A stretch of 64,000 nt of DNA from an uncultured Chloroflexia bacterium (GTDB lineage: Bacteria; Chloroflexota; Limnocylindria; Limnocylindrales; CSP1-4). The DNA lies in assembly GCA_963778155.1 (NCBI GenBank), contig CAVZTK010000021.1, forward strand, positions 351 to 64,350, read 5' to 3'. The first letter of the stretch is position 1, and every line of letters starts with the position of its first letter. This document shows, piece after piece, positions 1 to 10,523 of the stretch. The notes under the pieces are model-generated. The model made no database searches, was not told where the DNA came from, and worked only from the letters and a program-made list of their open reading frames with translations. The translations under genes and the position numbers were made by a program.

Positions 1-624
1 GGCGTGGATGCGCCTGGCCGTCTCGGCCGAGACGCGCGCCGGGCGCTCCCCGGCGACCGCGCAGAGGATGTCCACGTCGTGCGTGGCGAGGTCGACGGTG
101 ACGCCGACATCGCGGATCCGTGCCGGGAACGGGCCGGCGCGCCGGCTCGAGATCGCAAAGACGTCCGACAGCCAGCCCGACTCGAGCAGCCGCCCGAGCT
201 CGAGGATGGCGGGGTTGAAGCGCTCGATGTGGCCGACCTGGACCGGCGGTGCGCCCGGGGTCGTCGCGGCGGCGACGATCCGGTCGGCCTCGGCCGGGGT
301 CGCCGCCAGCGGCTTCTCGATGAGGACCGCGATGCCGCGCCCGAGCGCGGCCAGGGCGAGCGGCAGGTGCGCGGTGGTCGGGGCCGCGATGACGACCGCG
401 TCGAGGTCCGCCTCGGCCAGCATCGCGAGCGGCTCGGCGAACGCCTGGGCGCCGGACCGGGCGGCAGCCGCCCCGAGGGCCTCCGCGTCGAGGTCGGCGA
501 TGGCGACCAGACGCACGTCGGCCAGGCCGCGGAGGACGCGGAGATGGTTCCGGCCCATCGAGCCGAGGCCGATCAGCCCGGCACGCAGCTCGCGGTCGCC
601 GATCGGGGACCAGGCGGCGGTCAT
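1..624 (-). CDS. Gfo/Idh/MocA-family NAD(P)-dependent oxidoreductase (WbpB-like nucleotide-sugar 3-dehydrogenase); N-terminal 208 codons only, the 3' end lies beyond the window edge
   Basis: Open minus-strand frame from ATG 624 to position 1. It is absent from the ORF track because it runs off the edge. My translation, MTAAWSPIGDRELRAGLIGLGSMGRNHLRVL...VVIAAPTTAHLPLALAALGRGIAVLIEKPLA, shows the Rossmann and EKP motifs. ATGA overlap with the stop of the upstream aminotransferase. Confidence 0.8.
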   Translation of the reverse strand, partial: MTAAWSPIGDRELRAGLIGLGSMGRNHLRVLRGLADVRLVAIADLDAEALGAAAARSGAQAFAEPLAMLAEADLDAVVIAAPTTAHLPLALAALGRGIAVLIEKPLAATPAEADRIVAAATTPGAPPVQVGHIERFNPAILELGRLLESGWLSDVFAISSRRAGPFPARIRDVGVTVDLATHDVDILCAVAGERPARVSAETARRIHA

Positions 625-1725
625 CGGGCGGCGGCCCGTTCCGGGGCACGCTGGACGGCGGCACGCACCGAGGCGATGACGGTCGTCTGCTCCTCGTCGG
701 TGAGGCCCGGGAACATCGGCAGCGACAGGGAGTGCGCGGCGGCGTGGTCGGTCAGCGGCAGGTCGGCCTCGATGCCGCGCTCGAGGACGTACGGCTGGCG
801 GTGGACCGGGATCGGGTAGTAGATGCCGGTCGAGATGCCGGCGGCCGCGAGGCTCGCGACCACGCCATCCCGGTCGTCCTCGACGGCGATCGTGTACTGG
901 TGGAAGACGTGCGTCCGGCCCGGCCGGGGTGACCGGCGTCCGGATCGGCAGGTCGGCGAAGGCCGCGTCGTAGCGCGCCGCGATCGCGCGACGGCGTTCG
1001 GTGTTGCGCTCGAGCTTGTCGAGCTGGCACAGCCCGATCGCGGCCGCGATGTCGGTCAGCCGGAAGTTGTAGCCGAGGATGTCGTGGCGGTACCGCTCGC
1101 GCATCCCCTGGTTGCGGTAGAGCCGGATCCAGTCGGCGAGGCGGTCGTCGTCCGTGGTGATGAGGCCGCCCTCACCGGTCGTCATGTTCTTGGTGCCGTA
1201 CAGGCTGAACGCGCCGTGACCGAAGCTGCCGACCCGGCGGCCGCCGAACTGCGCGCCGTGCGCCTGGCAGGCGTCCTCGACGACGGCCAGCCCGTGACGG
1301 GCGGCGATGGCCCCGATGGCGTCCATGTCCGCCGGCAGGCCGAACAGGTGGACCGGGCAGATCGCCCGGGTCCGCGGCGTGATGGCCGCCTCGATCCGGT
1401 CGGGGTCGATCAGGTACGTGTCGGGCTCGATGTCGACGAAGACCGGGGTGGCGCCCGTGTACAGGATCGAGCTGACCGTCGCGTTGAAGGTGTGGCCGAC
1501 GGTGATGACCTCGTCGCCGGGCTCCAGCTCGAGGCCCGCGTAGATGCACATCAACGCGACCGTGCCGTTGCTCATCGCGATGGCGTGCTTGACCCCGATG
1601 AAGGCGGCGAACCGCTCCTCGAGCTCGACGACGCGCTTGCCGCCGGCCAGCATCCCGCTCTCGAGGACGGCGGTGACGGCGGCGATCTCTTCGGGCCCGA
1701 TATCGGGTCGTGCGACAGGAATCAT
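621..1725 (-). CDS. DegT/DnrJ/EryC1/StrS-family PLP sugar aminotransferase, reading frame broken once near 920
   Basis: N-terminal frame from ATG 1725 (my translation): MIPVARPDIGPEEIAAVTAVLESGMLAGGKRV...GTKNMTTGEGGLITTDD. The C-terminal 80 aa is track ORF 621..863 (ISTGIYYPIPVHRQPY...LSLPMFPGLTDEE). The two parts lie in different frames. The 1105-nt length is not a multiple of 3. Confidence 0.8.
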
Positions 1726-2393
1726 GCGGATACCCCCGGTCGATCCGGCGACGGCGCCCGCTCGCGGAGCGAGCCGTCCTCCGTGATGGATGTGTAGTGA
1801 CGATGGCACACGGCGCAAGCAAGCTCCAGGTCGGCGGCCGATCGCGGTGGGGCGGCGAGCCGACCGTTCGAGTCGACGAGCCGCTCGCCGCAGACGCAGA
1901 CCCAGCCGATCGCGCGAGCGGGATTGCCGACGACGAGCGTGTGGGCCGGGACGGGATGGGTCACGACCGACCCGGCGCCGACCATCGCGTACTCGCCGAC
2001 GTCGCATCCGGCGACGACGACCGCACCCGCGCCGATCGACGCGCCGAGGGCGATGTCGATCGGGGTGACGGTCCAGTCGGTGGCACGGGCAAGGCCGCCA
2101 TCCGCGTTCAGGGCGCGTGGTCGCCGGTCGTTGGTCAGGATCGCGCCGGGGCCGATGAAGACGCCGTCGCCGATGGTCACGCCGTGATAGATGAGCGCGC
2201 CGTTCTGGACCTTGACCCGGTCGCCGAGCGAGACGCCCTCATCGATGAAGGCGTCACGACCGATCACCGCGTCGCGGCCGATCCGGGCGCCGGTCCGGAG
2301 CTGGGCGCGATGCCAGACGCTCGTCCCGGGCCCGACGCTCACGTCGGGTTCGATATCCGCCGTCGCATGGATGCGCGCGGACGGGTCGATCAC
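1722..2393 (-). CDS. Hexapeptide-repeat (left-handed beta-helix) N-acetyltransferase, WbpD-like, with a C-terminal CxC...CxxC tail
   Basis: Track ORF 1722..2393. Hexapeptide repeats IGRDAVIGRDAFIDEGVSLGDRVKVQNGALIYHGVTIGDGVFIGPGAILTND and GAGAVVVAGCDVGEYAMVGAGSVV. Tail WVCVCGERL...CAVCHRHY. ATGA overlap with the downstream gene. Confidence 0.8.
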   Translation of the reverse strand: MIDPSARIHATADIEPDVSVGPGTSVWHRAQLRTGARIGRDAVIGRDAFIDEGVSLGDRVKVQNGALIYHGVTIGDGVFIGPGAILTNDRRPRALNADGGLARATDWTVTPIDIALGASIGAGAVVVAGCDVGEYAMVGAGSVVTHPVPAHTLVVGNPARAIGWVCVCGERLVDSNGRLAAPPRSAADLELACAVCHRHYTSITEDGSLRERAPSPDRPGVSA

Positions 2394-2567
2394 GGTGTGG
2401 CGCCTCCTCGTGGATCCCCGCCGATCCCTTGGGCGGTCGGTCGGGGATAAAATCTAGCCGAACATCCGGTTTCGGACGCGTGGCCCGCCAGTCCCGCTCG
2501 GAGCATGACCTTCGGTGCCGCGAGGCACCGCCTTATCGTCGTCTTACTCGTCGCGAAGCCTGCCGGG

Positions 2568-2573
2568 TAGACT
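2568..2573 (+). promoter_or_regulatory. Putative -10 hexamer TAGACT, 7 nt upstream of ATG 2581 with no SD in between (leaderless-type promoter)
   Basis: TAGACT gccccag ATG read directly. It matches the TANNNT pattern seen at nine other first-in-operon genes in this window. Confidence 0.35.
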
Positions 2574-2580
2574 GCCCCAG

Positions 2581-3390
2581 ATGTCCTCCGATGAACGTGG
2601 CCAGAGTCTGACCATCGTCCTGCCCGCCTACAACGAAGAGGCGCGCCTGGAGCCGGCGCTGGACGAGCTGTTCGGGTACCTGCGCCGGCAGGCGAGCTCG
2701 GCCGTGACGGCGCGCCGGGCGCAGCGCAGCTGCCGGGCGAGATCGAGGTGCTCGTCGTCGATGACGGGAGCGCCGACGGCACCGCGGCCCGTGTCCGGGC
2801 GCGGCCTGAGGCGCTCGCCGACCGGGGCGGCGATGGACTCTCCCTCGAGCTCCTGACGGTCCCGCACGGCGGCAAGGGCTCCGCGGTGAGGGCGGGGATG
2901 CTCGCCGCGGACGCGGACCTCCTGGTCTTCGCCGACGCGGACATGGCGACGCCGCCGGACCAGATTCCGCTGCTGGTCCGGGCGCTCCGGCGACCACGAC
3001 GTGGCGCTGGGCAGCCGGATCCAGCCCGACGGTCGGACATGCGGGCCAGCCAGCCGCTCTTCCGGCGCGCGCTCGGCAGGACGTTCCACTCGCTGGCCTC
3101 GATCTGGGCAGTGGGACCCGTCCAGGACACGCAGTGTGGGTTCAAGGGGTTCACGCGCGAAGCAGCCCACGATCTGTTCAGGCTCCAGCGAGTCTCCAGC
3201 ATCGTCTTCGACGTCGAGCTCATCTACCTTGCCCGCCGGCGCGGCTACTCGGCTGGCTCGTCGTGCCGATCCGCTGGGCCGACAGGCGTGGGTCGCGCAT
3301 GCACCCGGGCCCACGGCTCGCGATGAGGGTGGCGTGGGATCTTTTCCGGATCCCGCTCCTCCACCGCGACGTCACGTCGCGTCCGGCGCG
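2581..3390 (+). pseudogene. GT2 polyprenyl(dolichyl)-phosphate sugar synthase (ALG5/GtrB/Ppm-like), frame-disrupted at least four times
   Basis: Segments lie in three frames. MSSDERGQSLTIVLPAYNEEARLEPALDEL is in ORF 2515..2856. EIEVLVVDDGSADGT, LTVPHGGKGSAVRAG, VFADADMATPPDQI and DTQCGFKGFTREAA...VFDVELIYLARRRGY are in ORF 2748..3326. VVPIRWADRRGSRM is in ORF 3134..3628. The 3' boundary is approximate. Confidence 0.7.
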
Positions 3391-3399
3391 ACCAGACGC

Positions 3400-4491
3400 C
3401 CGCCGCCTGACCGTGGCTCTGGCTCGAGCGGCGTTGCCGATCCTCGCGATCGCCGTCTTCGCCATCGACCTCGGCCTCGTCCTCGCGTCCGCGGATCGAC
3501 GCTCGGCTACGACTTCCTGGCCTAGCCACTCGGCCGCCGCCCTGCTCGACGGCAAGCCGCCTACGACACGTCCGTCCAGGGCGCGGGCGGCTTCGGGATC
3601 TTCTTGTACCCGCCCCCGTTCCCGATGATCCTGCCGTTCGGGCTGCTGGCGGCCCGGCCGGGCTTGGCCTGGATCGGGCTGCTAGCGGCGGCTTCGCGAT
3701 CGGGACCGTGCTGATGCCGGTCTCGGGGCCTGCGCAGTGGCTGATCGTGCTGCTCGCGGGCCTCTCGTGGCCGTTCCTCTACGCCGTCAAGCTGGGCCAG
3801 GTCGGGCCGATCCTGCTGCTCCTGTTCGTGGTCGGCTGGCGCGGGCTCGACCAGCCCGGTGGTGCTCGGGCGTCGACGTCGCGCTGGGGGCGGCGATCAA
3901 GATCCAACCGGCTGGTGCTGCGTGTGGGCGTTCCTGACCGGACGACCGCGGGCCTGCTGTACGGGCGCTGTGCGTCGTGCTCGCCGCGGTGTCGTCACGC
4001 TGCCCTCGTCGGGTGGGCGCCTGGTCCGACTTCGTGTCGCTGATCGGCCGGGTGAGCGACCCGATCACCACGCCCCACAACTTCACGCCGGGCGCCGTGG
4101 TCTACCAGGCGGGCGTCTCGCGCGACACCGCGCAGCTGATCCAGTGGGTGACGATGGGCCTCTGCTGGTCGCGTTCGTCGCGGCGGCCCGCTGGCTGCCC
4201 GCCGCGCCGACCTTCCTCGTGGCGGTCGTCGCCAGCCAGCTCCTGTCGCCGATCCTGTGGGACCACTACGCGATGCTGCTGCTCCTGCCGGTGGCCTATC
4301 TCGTCGTAACGTGGCTGGACGTGGACGGTGCTGATCCCGCTGGCGACTCGTCCGTCCCGCTCGTCGTGTCGGATCGTCCCAGCGGTCGTCTACCCGATCG
4401 TATTCGGCGTGACGCTTTCCGCTGCTGGCCGCCGCTTCAAGGACCGGCGCGCGCGGCGGCGTTTGAGGCAAGCGCTCGACAGGTATCCTGA
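3400..4491 (+). pseudogene. GT87/DUF2029-type GT-C membrane glycosyltransferase, heavily frame-disrupted; boundaries approximate
   Basis: Fragments occur in all three plus frames. They include STLGYDFLA, GIFLYPPPFPMILPFGLL and PAQWLIVLLAGLSWPFLYAVKLGQVGPILLLLFVVGWR (ORF 3708..4043). Also AIKIQPAG and LVAFVAAARWLPAAPTFLVAVVASQLLSPILWDHYAMLLLLPVAYL (ORF 3859..4491). Confidence 0.55.
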
Positions 4492-4499
4492 CCGCGGTC

Positions 4500-5741
4500 T
4501 CGCACCCCGACCTCGGCGCCTACGCGTAGCGTCCGCACGTTCCGGCCGCCGGTCGGCTGGCTCCTGCGTCGCGATCGTCGTTCGGTCGTGTACCGCCTGT
4601 GCGAACTTCGACGCCGGCCGCGAGCGACCTGTTCTATCTCGCCGACTCGTTCCTGCACGGGCACACCTGGATCGACTTCGCGCCGGGCCGTTCGACGTGA
4701 TCCCGTTCGACGGCCACATCTACGTGCCGTTCGCGCCGTTCCCGGCGATCGCCGTCATGCCGCTGGTCGCGCTCATCGGCCCGGTGGTCGCGGACCATGG
4801 GGAGCCGAGATCAACGGCGCTCCTCGCGGCGGCGACCGTCGGCATGTGCTGGTGGCGGTCGGCCGGATCGGCGTCCAGCGGCTCCGCGACCGCCTGGCTG
4901 GCGCTGCTGCTCGGCTTCTCCACCCAGATCTGTGGGTCACGACCCGCGGCGGCGTGTGGCACACCGGCCACCTCGGTCGCGACGATCCTGCTGATGTTCC
5001 TGCTCGCCGAGATGTTCGGGCGCCAGCGCGCGGTGCTGATGGGGCTCCTCGTCGGCGCCGCGTTCCTGACCCGGGCGCCGCTCGCCTTCGCGGCACCCGT
5101 TCATCGGGCTGTGGCTGATCCCGACCGCGACCTACGCTGCGCCCTCCGGACGCCGGCGGCATCGGCGGCCGGATCGGCGATCGATCCCGTGGCGGGCTGG
5201 GTGCTGTTCGCGGTCGGCGTGCTCCCGTCGCTCGCCTTCTTCTTCGGTACAACCTCGATCCGCTTCGGCGATACCGCTGCAGTCCGGCTACGCGCTGGCC
5301 TCGCTGCCCGACTGGCTCCAGAACCTGCGTGATCAGGGCCTGTTCTCCACGTCGCACATCGGGATGAACCTCGACTACCTGTTCTGGAAGACTCCCGCGC
5401 TGACGGCGGCGTTCCCCGTACTTCCGCCCCGACGGCCTCGGGATGTCGGTGTTCGTGACCAGCCCGGCGCTGCTGCTCGCCGTCCGGGCGTCGTGGCGCG
5501 ACCGCCGTTCGTGGTTCCTGCTGATCGCCGCCGTCCTCGTGCTGATCCCGACGCTCCTGTACTACGGCGGCGGCTGGCTGCAGTACGGCTACCGCTACTT
5601 CCTCGACTCCATCCCGTTCATCTGGGCGCTCGTCGCCATGGGCATCGCGGCCCGCGGCTCGCTGAAGTGGTGGGCTGGCTCCTGATCGGGTGGGGGATCC
5701 TGATCGGCCTCGGCGGCGTGTACTGGGCGTATCACCTGTGA
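4500..5741 (+). pseudogene. GT-C membrane glycosyltransferase (PMT_2/ArnT-like), heavily frame-disrupted; N-terminus not resolved
   Basis: Fragments DLFYLADSFLHGHTWIDF, VIPFDGHIYVPFAPFPAIAVMPLVALIGP and ATILLMFLLAEMFGRQRAVLMGLLVGAAFLTRAPLAFAAP lie in ORF 4328..5332. FVTSPALLLAVRASWRDRRSWFLLIAAVLVLIPTLLYYGGGWLQYGYRYFLDSIPFIWALVAMG lies in ORF 5443..5685. The C-terminus is GWGILIGLGGVYWAYHL with the stop at 5741. Confidence 0.5.
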
Positions 5742-8083
5742 CCCCGCGACACCTGCCGAGGGGCCCGCTCCTCCTGCTGTTCGTGCTGTCCGGCGCGGCA
5801 GGCCTGATCTACGAGGTGGTCTGGGCGCGGCAGCTCGTGCTCGTCTTCGGCAACACGAGCCAGGCCGTGTCGACGATCCTCACCGGGTTCTTCGGCGGGC
5901 TCGCGATCGGCGGCTTCGTCGGCGGTCGGATTGCCGACCGGGTCCGGCGGCCGCTGCGGATGTACGGGATCCTCGAGCTCGTCCTGGTCGTCATCGTCGT
6001 CCTGACGCCGTTGAGCTTCCGGCTGATCGACGAGGTCGTATCGCGGCATCTACCCGAGCCTCTCGGACGTCGCCCGTCGCCCTCGCCCTCGTCCGGTTCG
6101 CGCTCGCGATCCTCGCGCTCGCGCCGGCGACGGTGCTGATGGGCGCCACGCTGCCGACGCTCACCCGCTACCTCTCGCGCGGACGGTCAGCTGATCGCCG
6201 GGGCGTTCAGCAGCTCTACGCGGCGAACACGATCGGCGCGATCCTCGGCACCGCGATCGCCGGGTTCGCGCTGATCGAGCTGCTCGGGCTCAGCGGGCGC
6301 ACTGGCGGTCGGCGCGGCGTGCTCGGCGATCGCGGAGTATCCGGCCTGTGGCTCGCACGCAAGGAGGGTGCGCCAACGGTCGCATCCCGCGCACGTGGAG
6401 GCGGTCTCGCCGGCACGCCCGTGGACCGGCCAGACGCGCCTCGCGCTGGCGATGGCCTTCGTCTCGGCTTGACGTCACTTGGTTACCAGACCCTTTGGAT
6501 CCGAATGCTCGCCTCGGGCACGGGCAACACGACGTACGTCTTCACGATCATCCTTGCGATGTTCCTTGGCGGCCTGGCCGTCGGCGCGTTGTTGTTCACG
6601 CTGATCCGCCGGTGGATGCGCGAACCCGGCGCGTTTCCTGGCGGCCAGCCAGGTGCTGGTCGGGGCGCTCGTCCTGTCCGGGATGGTCGCGTTCATCGCG
6701 AACCCGCCCGACTCCGGACCCGAGCAAGGTCCTCGACGCGCTCCGCCCCTGATCGCCTGGTCTGTTCCCGTCGTGCTTCTGACCACTGTCGTGCTCGGCC
6801 TGTCGTTCCCGGCGGCCTCGGCGCTGCTCGAGCAGGATCGGGAGCGTTCCGGCCGGAGCTCCGGTGCCTTCCTCGCCACGAACACGGTCGGTGCCATCGG
6901 CGGCAGCTTCATCGTCCCGTTCGTGCTCATCCCGACGCTCGGCGCGCCGCATGCGACCGCGCTCCTGGCGCTCGTCAACGTGGGTACCGGCGCAGCGATC
7001 GCGCTCGCGACACGGGCGCCATCGAGACACGGGCGCCTGGTCCGGTTCGTGACGTCGCCCCTGACCGTTTCGGCCTTCGCCGTCGTTGTCGGCGTCGCCA
7101 TCGTCGGCGCTTGGGTGACGCCCGATATCCTGATCTCTCCGAATGAAGCCCGCCTGCATCAGCGCGGGGCGGACATCTTCGCGACCGCCGAGGACGAGAT
7201 CGCCGCGGTCGAGGCGGGCCAGGTGTCCTCGACACCCGAGTTGTGGGTCGCAGGCACCTCGATGACGCTGCTCACGGTCGATGCCAGGTTGATGCCGATC
7301 CTGCCACTCATCGCCCGCCCGGCCTCGACCCGGGCGCTACGTGGTGGCATTCGGGATGGGTTCGGCGTTCCGCTCCGCCCTGATCGCCGGTCTGCGCACG
7401 GACGCCGTCGAGCTGGTCCCGTCCGTGCCGAAGATGTTCGGGTTCTATTACCCCGACGCGGCGACAGTCCTCGCGAACCCGAACGGACGGATCATCATCG
7501 CCGACGGTCGCAACCATCTCGAGTTGACGCAGGACCGCTTTGACATCATCGTCACCGACCCGCCACCGCCGATCGAGAGTTCTGGCGCATCGGTCATCTC
7601 CTCTCGGGAGTACTACCAGGCGGGTCACGACCACCTCACCCCCCACGGCATCATGATGGAGTGGGTCCCGTACGGCCAATCGATCGATGACTTCAAGGCC
7701 CACGTCCGCTCGTTCGCAGATGTGTTTCCCGAGGTCACGACGGTCTTCGGGCCAGGCGGCTATGGGATGTACATGCTCGGCTCGGATGCGCCCATCGCCT
7801 TCGATCACGCGTCCATCGCGGCCGTGCTCGCACGCCCGGGGGTCCTGGACGACATCTCGTCGGCGTACGACAGTCCAGAGCACACGGTGGCGGGCTGGAC
7901 GGACGGATCGACGCCCTGACCTGGCTCTCCGGCACGGCCGTCACCGACTTCGCGGGGACCGGGCCGATGGTCACTGACGACCGGCCGGTCTCGGAGTATT
8001 TCCTGATCCGGCGGCTGACCGGGCCGCCGTCGCCGAGAGCGGTCCCGGCGACCCTGCAGGCGGCGGCACGCGCGGGTGGCTGA
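5738..8083 (+). pseudogene. Fused polytopic-membrane / spermidine-synthase-like (class I methyltransferase fold) protein, multiple frame disruptions
   Basis: GTG 5738 forms a GTGA overlap with the previous stop. N-terminal TM bundle: LLLLFVLSGAAGLIYEVVWARQLVLVFGNTSQAVSTILTGFFGGLAIGG, LYAANTIGAILGTAIAGFALIELLGLSG, LGYQTLWIRMLASGTGNTTYVFTIILAMFLGGLAVG. C-terminal domain: DRFDIIVTDPPPPIESSGASVISSREYY (ORF 7341..7919). The last frame ends DDRPVSEYFLIRRL...AARAGG at TGA 8081-8083. Confidence 0.7.
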
Positions 8084-9369
8084 GGACGCTATCCCGGCGC
8101 GGCGTCTCGGCCGCCGCCGGCTGCTGATCCAGGTCGGGGTGGTCGCGGGCGCCGTCGTGTTCGCCGTCTACCTCGCGCTGTGGGCCGGCCTGGTCCTCGT
8201 CGTGAAGGGAGGCACCGACGGCGCCGACTACACGGCCTTCTACACCGGTTGGACGATCGTGGCGGACGGCGATGGCGCGCAGTTGTACGACCCTGCCGTT
8301 CCAGGCGGAGGTCCAGCAGAGGATCCTCGCCGGACGGACGTTCGAGGCAGGCCTCAACCCGTTCAACAACCCGCCCCACCTCGTTCTGCCGTTCGTGCCG
8401 CTGGTCGCGCTGCCGCTCGCGACGTCATACCTCTTGTGGGGTCTGGTCAACCTCGGCCTACTCGCCTGGCTCATCTGGCGGTTGCTGACGCGTGTCGCCG
8501 TCACCTGGTCGCGGGACGAGCGCGCGCTCCTCGTCGCCGCCTCGCTTGCCGCTCCGCCGCTCGCCCTCGCGCTGCTGCAGGGTTCGTTCTCCGTGCTGGT
8601 GACCGTGGCGCTGCTCGAGGTCTTCCTTGCGCTCCGCGCCGGGGGTGAGCGGGCGGCCGCTGCGTGGCTGGTTGTCGCGTCGATCAAACCGCAGGCGGTG
8701 CTGACGACCGGCGTGGCGCTGTTGGCTGCGCGTCGCTGGCGCGTGATCGGGTGGGCGGCCGTCGGCGCGCTCGCGCTCGCGGCCGCGGCCACGGCCGTCA
8801 TGGGCATCGGGATCTGGGCGGCCTATGTGCGCTTCCTCGGCGACTACGTCGGCTCGTTTGACGTCTTCAGCGTCCGACCGTCCGTCATGTGGAACCTGCG
8901 TGGGACGCTCACGCTCCTCAACGGGCCGACGACGGAACCGGCGACGGCCGCGACCATCAACGCGATCGCGCTGGTCGGGCAGCTTGCGGCGCTCGCCGCG
9001 GTCGCCTGGTTGTGGCGCGGGCGCTGGGATCCGGCTTCGCCGTCCTTCGCCCTGCGTTTCGCCCTGACTCTGGTCCTCGGACTCCTCCTAAGCCCGCACC
9101 TCAATCCGCACGACGACCTGCTGCTCGTGCCCGCCGGAGCGATCGCATATGGCGCCGTTCGCGACCGAGCCCAGGGCCGAATGCTCGGGCTCGCGCTGTT
9201 CGCGGCGCCCTTCGTCGTGCTCGTGTCGAACCCGCTCAGCGTCAACGAAGTTGGTGGCGGCCCGATCCGCGTCCCGGTCGTGCTGATGGTCGCGTTCATC
9301 GTGGCCCTCGCGGTACTGCTCGGTCGCGTGTCGCGGGTCGTGCCGATGGCCGATGCGGCTGCGAAGTGA
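8076..9369 (+). CDS. GT87/DUF2029-type GT-C membrane glycosyltransferase, one frame break near 8297
   Basis: The N-terminus, LLIQVGVVAGAVVFAVYLALWAGLVLVVKGGTDGADYTAFYTGWTIVADGDGAQLYD, is in ORF 8076..8648. The remainder is ORF 8272..9369 (FNNPPHLVLPFVPLVALP, LVVASIKPQAVLTTGVALLAARRWR). GTG 8076 overlaps the upstream stop by 8 nt. Confidence 0.7.
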
Positions 9370-10493
9370 CAGTCGACGAAGGCACGGACGCGGTGACGAG
9401 TGTCGCCGTCACGCCCTCGGAGCGCGCCCGTCGGCTCGGGCGCGTCGCGCTCGTGGCCGGGGCCGCCGTCGGGACCGCGATCGGCATCCTGTTCGGGCTC
9501 GCCACGCTGGCCGCCGACCTACCGGACGTCGCGGCATCCTTTCCGGCGGCGCCCTACGCGCTCGACGGCGCCCGACATATCGCCGTGGCAATGGTGGTGG
9601 CGGCCGGCGGAGACGCGTATTCGGTGGCGGGTTACTTCTACCCGCCGCTCGGCGCGCTGGTTGCCATGCCGTTCGCCGCGATCGGCGCTGAGGCCGGCCT
9701 GTGGGCGTGGTTCGTGGTCAAGATCGCGATCGTCGTGTGGTGTGCGCTCGATGCGACACGCGGACAGCGTCCGGTCGTGCGGGCGGCGGTCCTCGCCTTC
9801 CTGATGACCTCGACGTACGTGCTCGATGACCTGTGGCTCGGCAACGTCTCGATCGTGATCTCCGCAGCCCTCTATCTCGCGGTGTCGCGCGATCGCCCGG
9901 TCGCGGGGGTCCCGCTCGGGATCGTGCTGGCGGCGGTCGCGAAACCGTTCCTTCTGCCGGTCCTGCTCTGGATGTTCGTCTTCCGTCGGCGCTCCGGGAT
10001 CGCGACCGCCGCGACCGCTCTCGTCGCCACCGGGATCGCGGTCGTCGTCCTGGGACCGTCGGCCTATCGAGACTATCTCGCGGCTTTGACCGGAGCTATC
10101 GGTCTTGACCTGAGCTTCGGCCTGGGGCTTTCGGGCGTTGCGCCCGGGCTGCTCGTGCCCGCCTCGATCGCGGCCCTGGCTACCTTCGTCGTCCTGCTGT
10201 GGGCCAGCCGAGACGAGTCGTCGCTTCTGATCTGGAGCCTGCTGGTCGGGCTCATCGCCGCTCCGTACATCGGGCACTACTCGGTCATCCCGGTCCTCGC
10301 GGGGATCCCGGCTTTCGCGCGAATGCATCCGACGCGGACGCTGGCGATGGCGGCCGTGATCGCTCCGATCGCCCTCGTGGCGCTCCTCCCGGCGATCGTC
10401 CTCGGTCTCATCGTCGCGTTCCCGACGGACGTGTTCGGCCGCGCCTGGAATGTCGATCCCGAGAGCCTCAAGCGTTCGAGGTCACCGGGCTGA
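9366..10493 (+). CDS. GT87/DUF2029-type GT-C membrane glycosyltransferase (intact, 375 aa)
   Basis: An in-frame GTG at 9366 inside track ORF 8889..10493 forms a GTGA overlap with the upstream stop. Motifs: YSVAGYFYPPLGALVAMPF and VLAAVAKPFLLPVLLWMFVFRRRSG. The protein has many TM segments. Confidence 0.7.
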   Translation: MTVDEGTDAVTSVAVTPSERARRLGRVALVAGAAVGTAIGILFGLATLAADLPDVAASFPAAPYALDGARHIAVAMVVAAGGDAYSVAGYFYPPLGALVAMPFAAIGAEAGLWAWFVVKIAIVVWCALDATRGQRPVVRAAVLAFLMTSTYVLDDLWLGNVSIVISAALYLAVSRDRPVAGVPLGIVLAAVAKPFLLPVLLWMFVFRRRSGIATAATALVATGIAVVVLGPSAYRDYLAALTGAIGLDLSFGLGLSGVAPGLLVPASIAALATFVVLLWASRDESSLLIWSLLVGLIAAPYIGHYSVIPVLAGIPAFARMHPTRTLAMAAVIAPIALVALLPAIVLGLIVAFPTDVFGRAWNVDPESLKRSRSPG

Positions 10494-10523
10494 TCGGGCG
10501 GGGGCCCTCCGCCGTTTCCGGCA

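Noticed and set aside
3380-3420. True GT2-GT87 fusion protein (no stop between the GT2 C-terminus and the first TM helix of the DUF2029 gene in one frame)
   Set aside because: The region is full of frame shifts, so the absence of a stop is not informative. An internal GTG near 3407 could equally start a separate gene.
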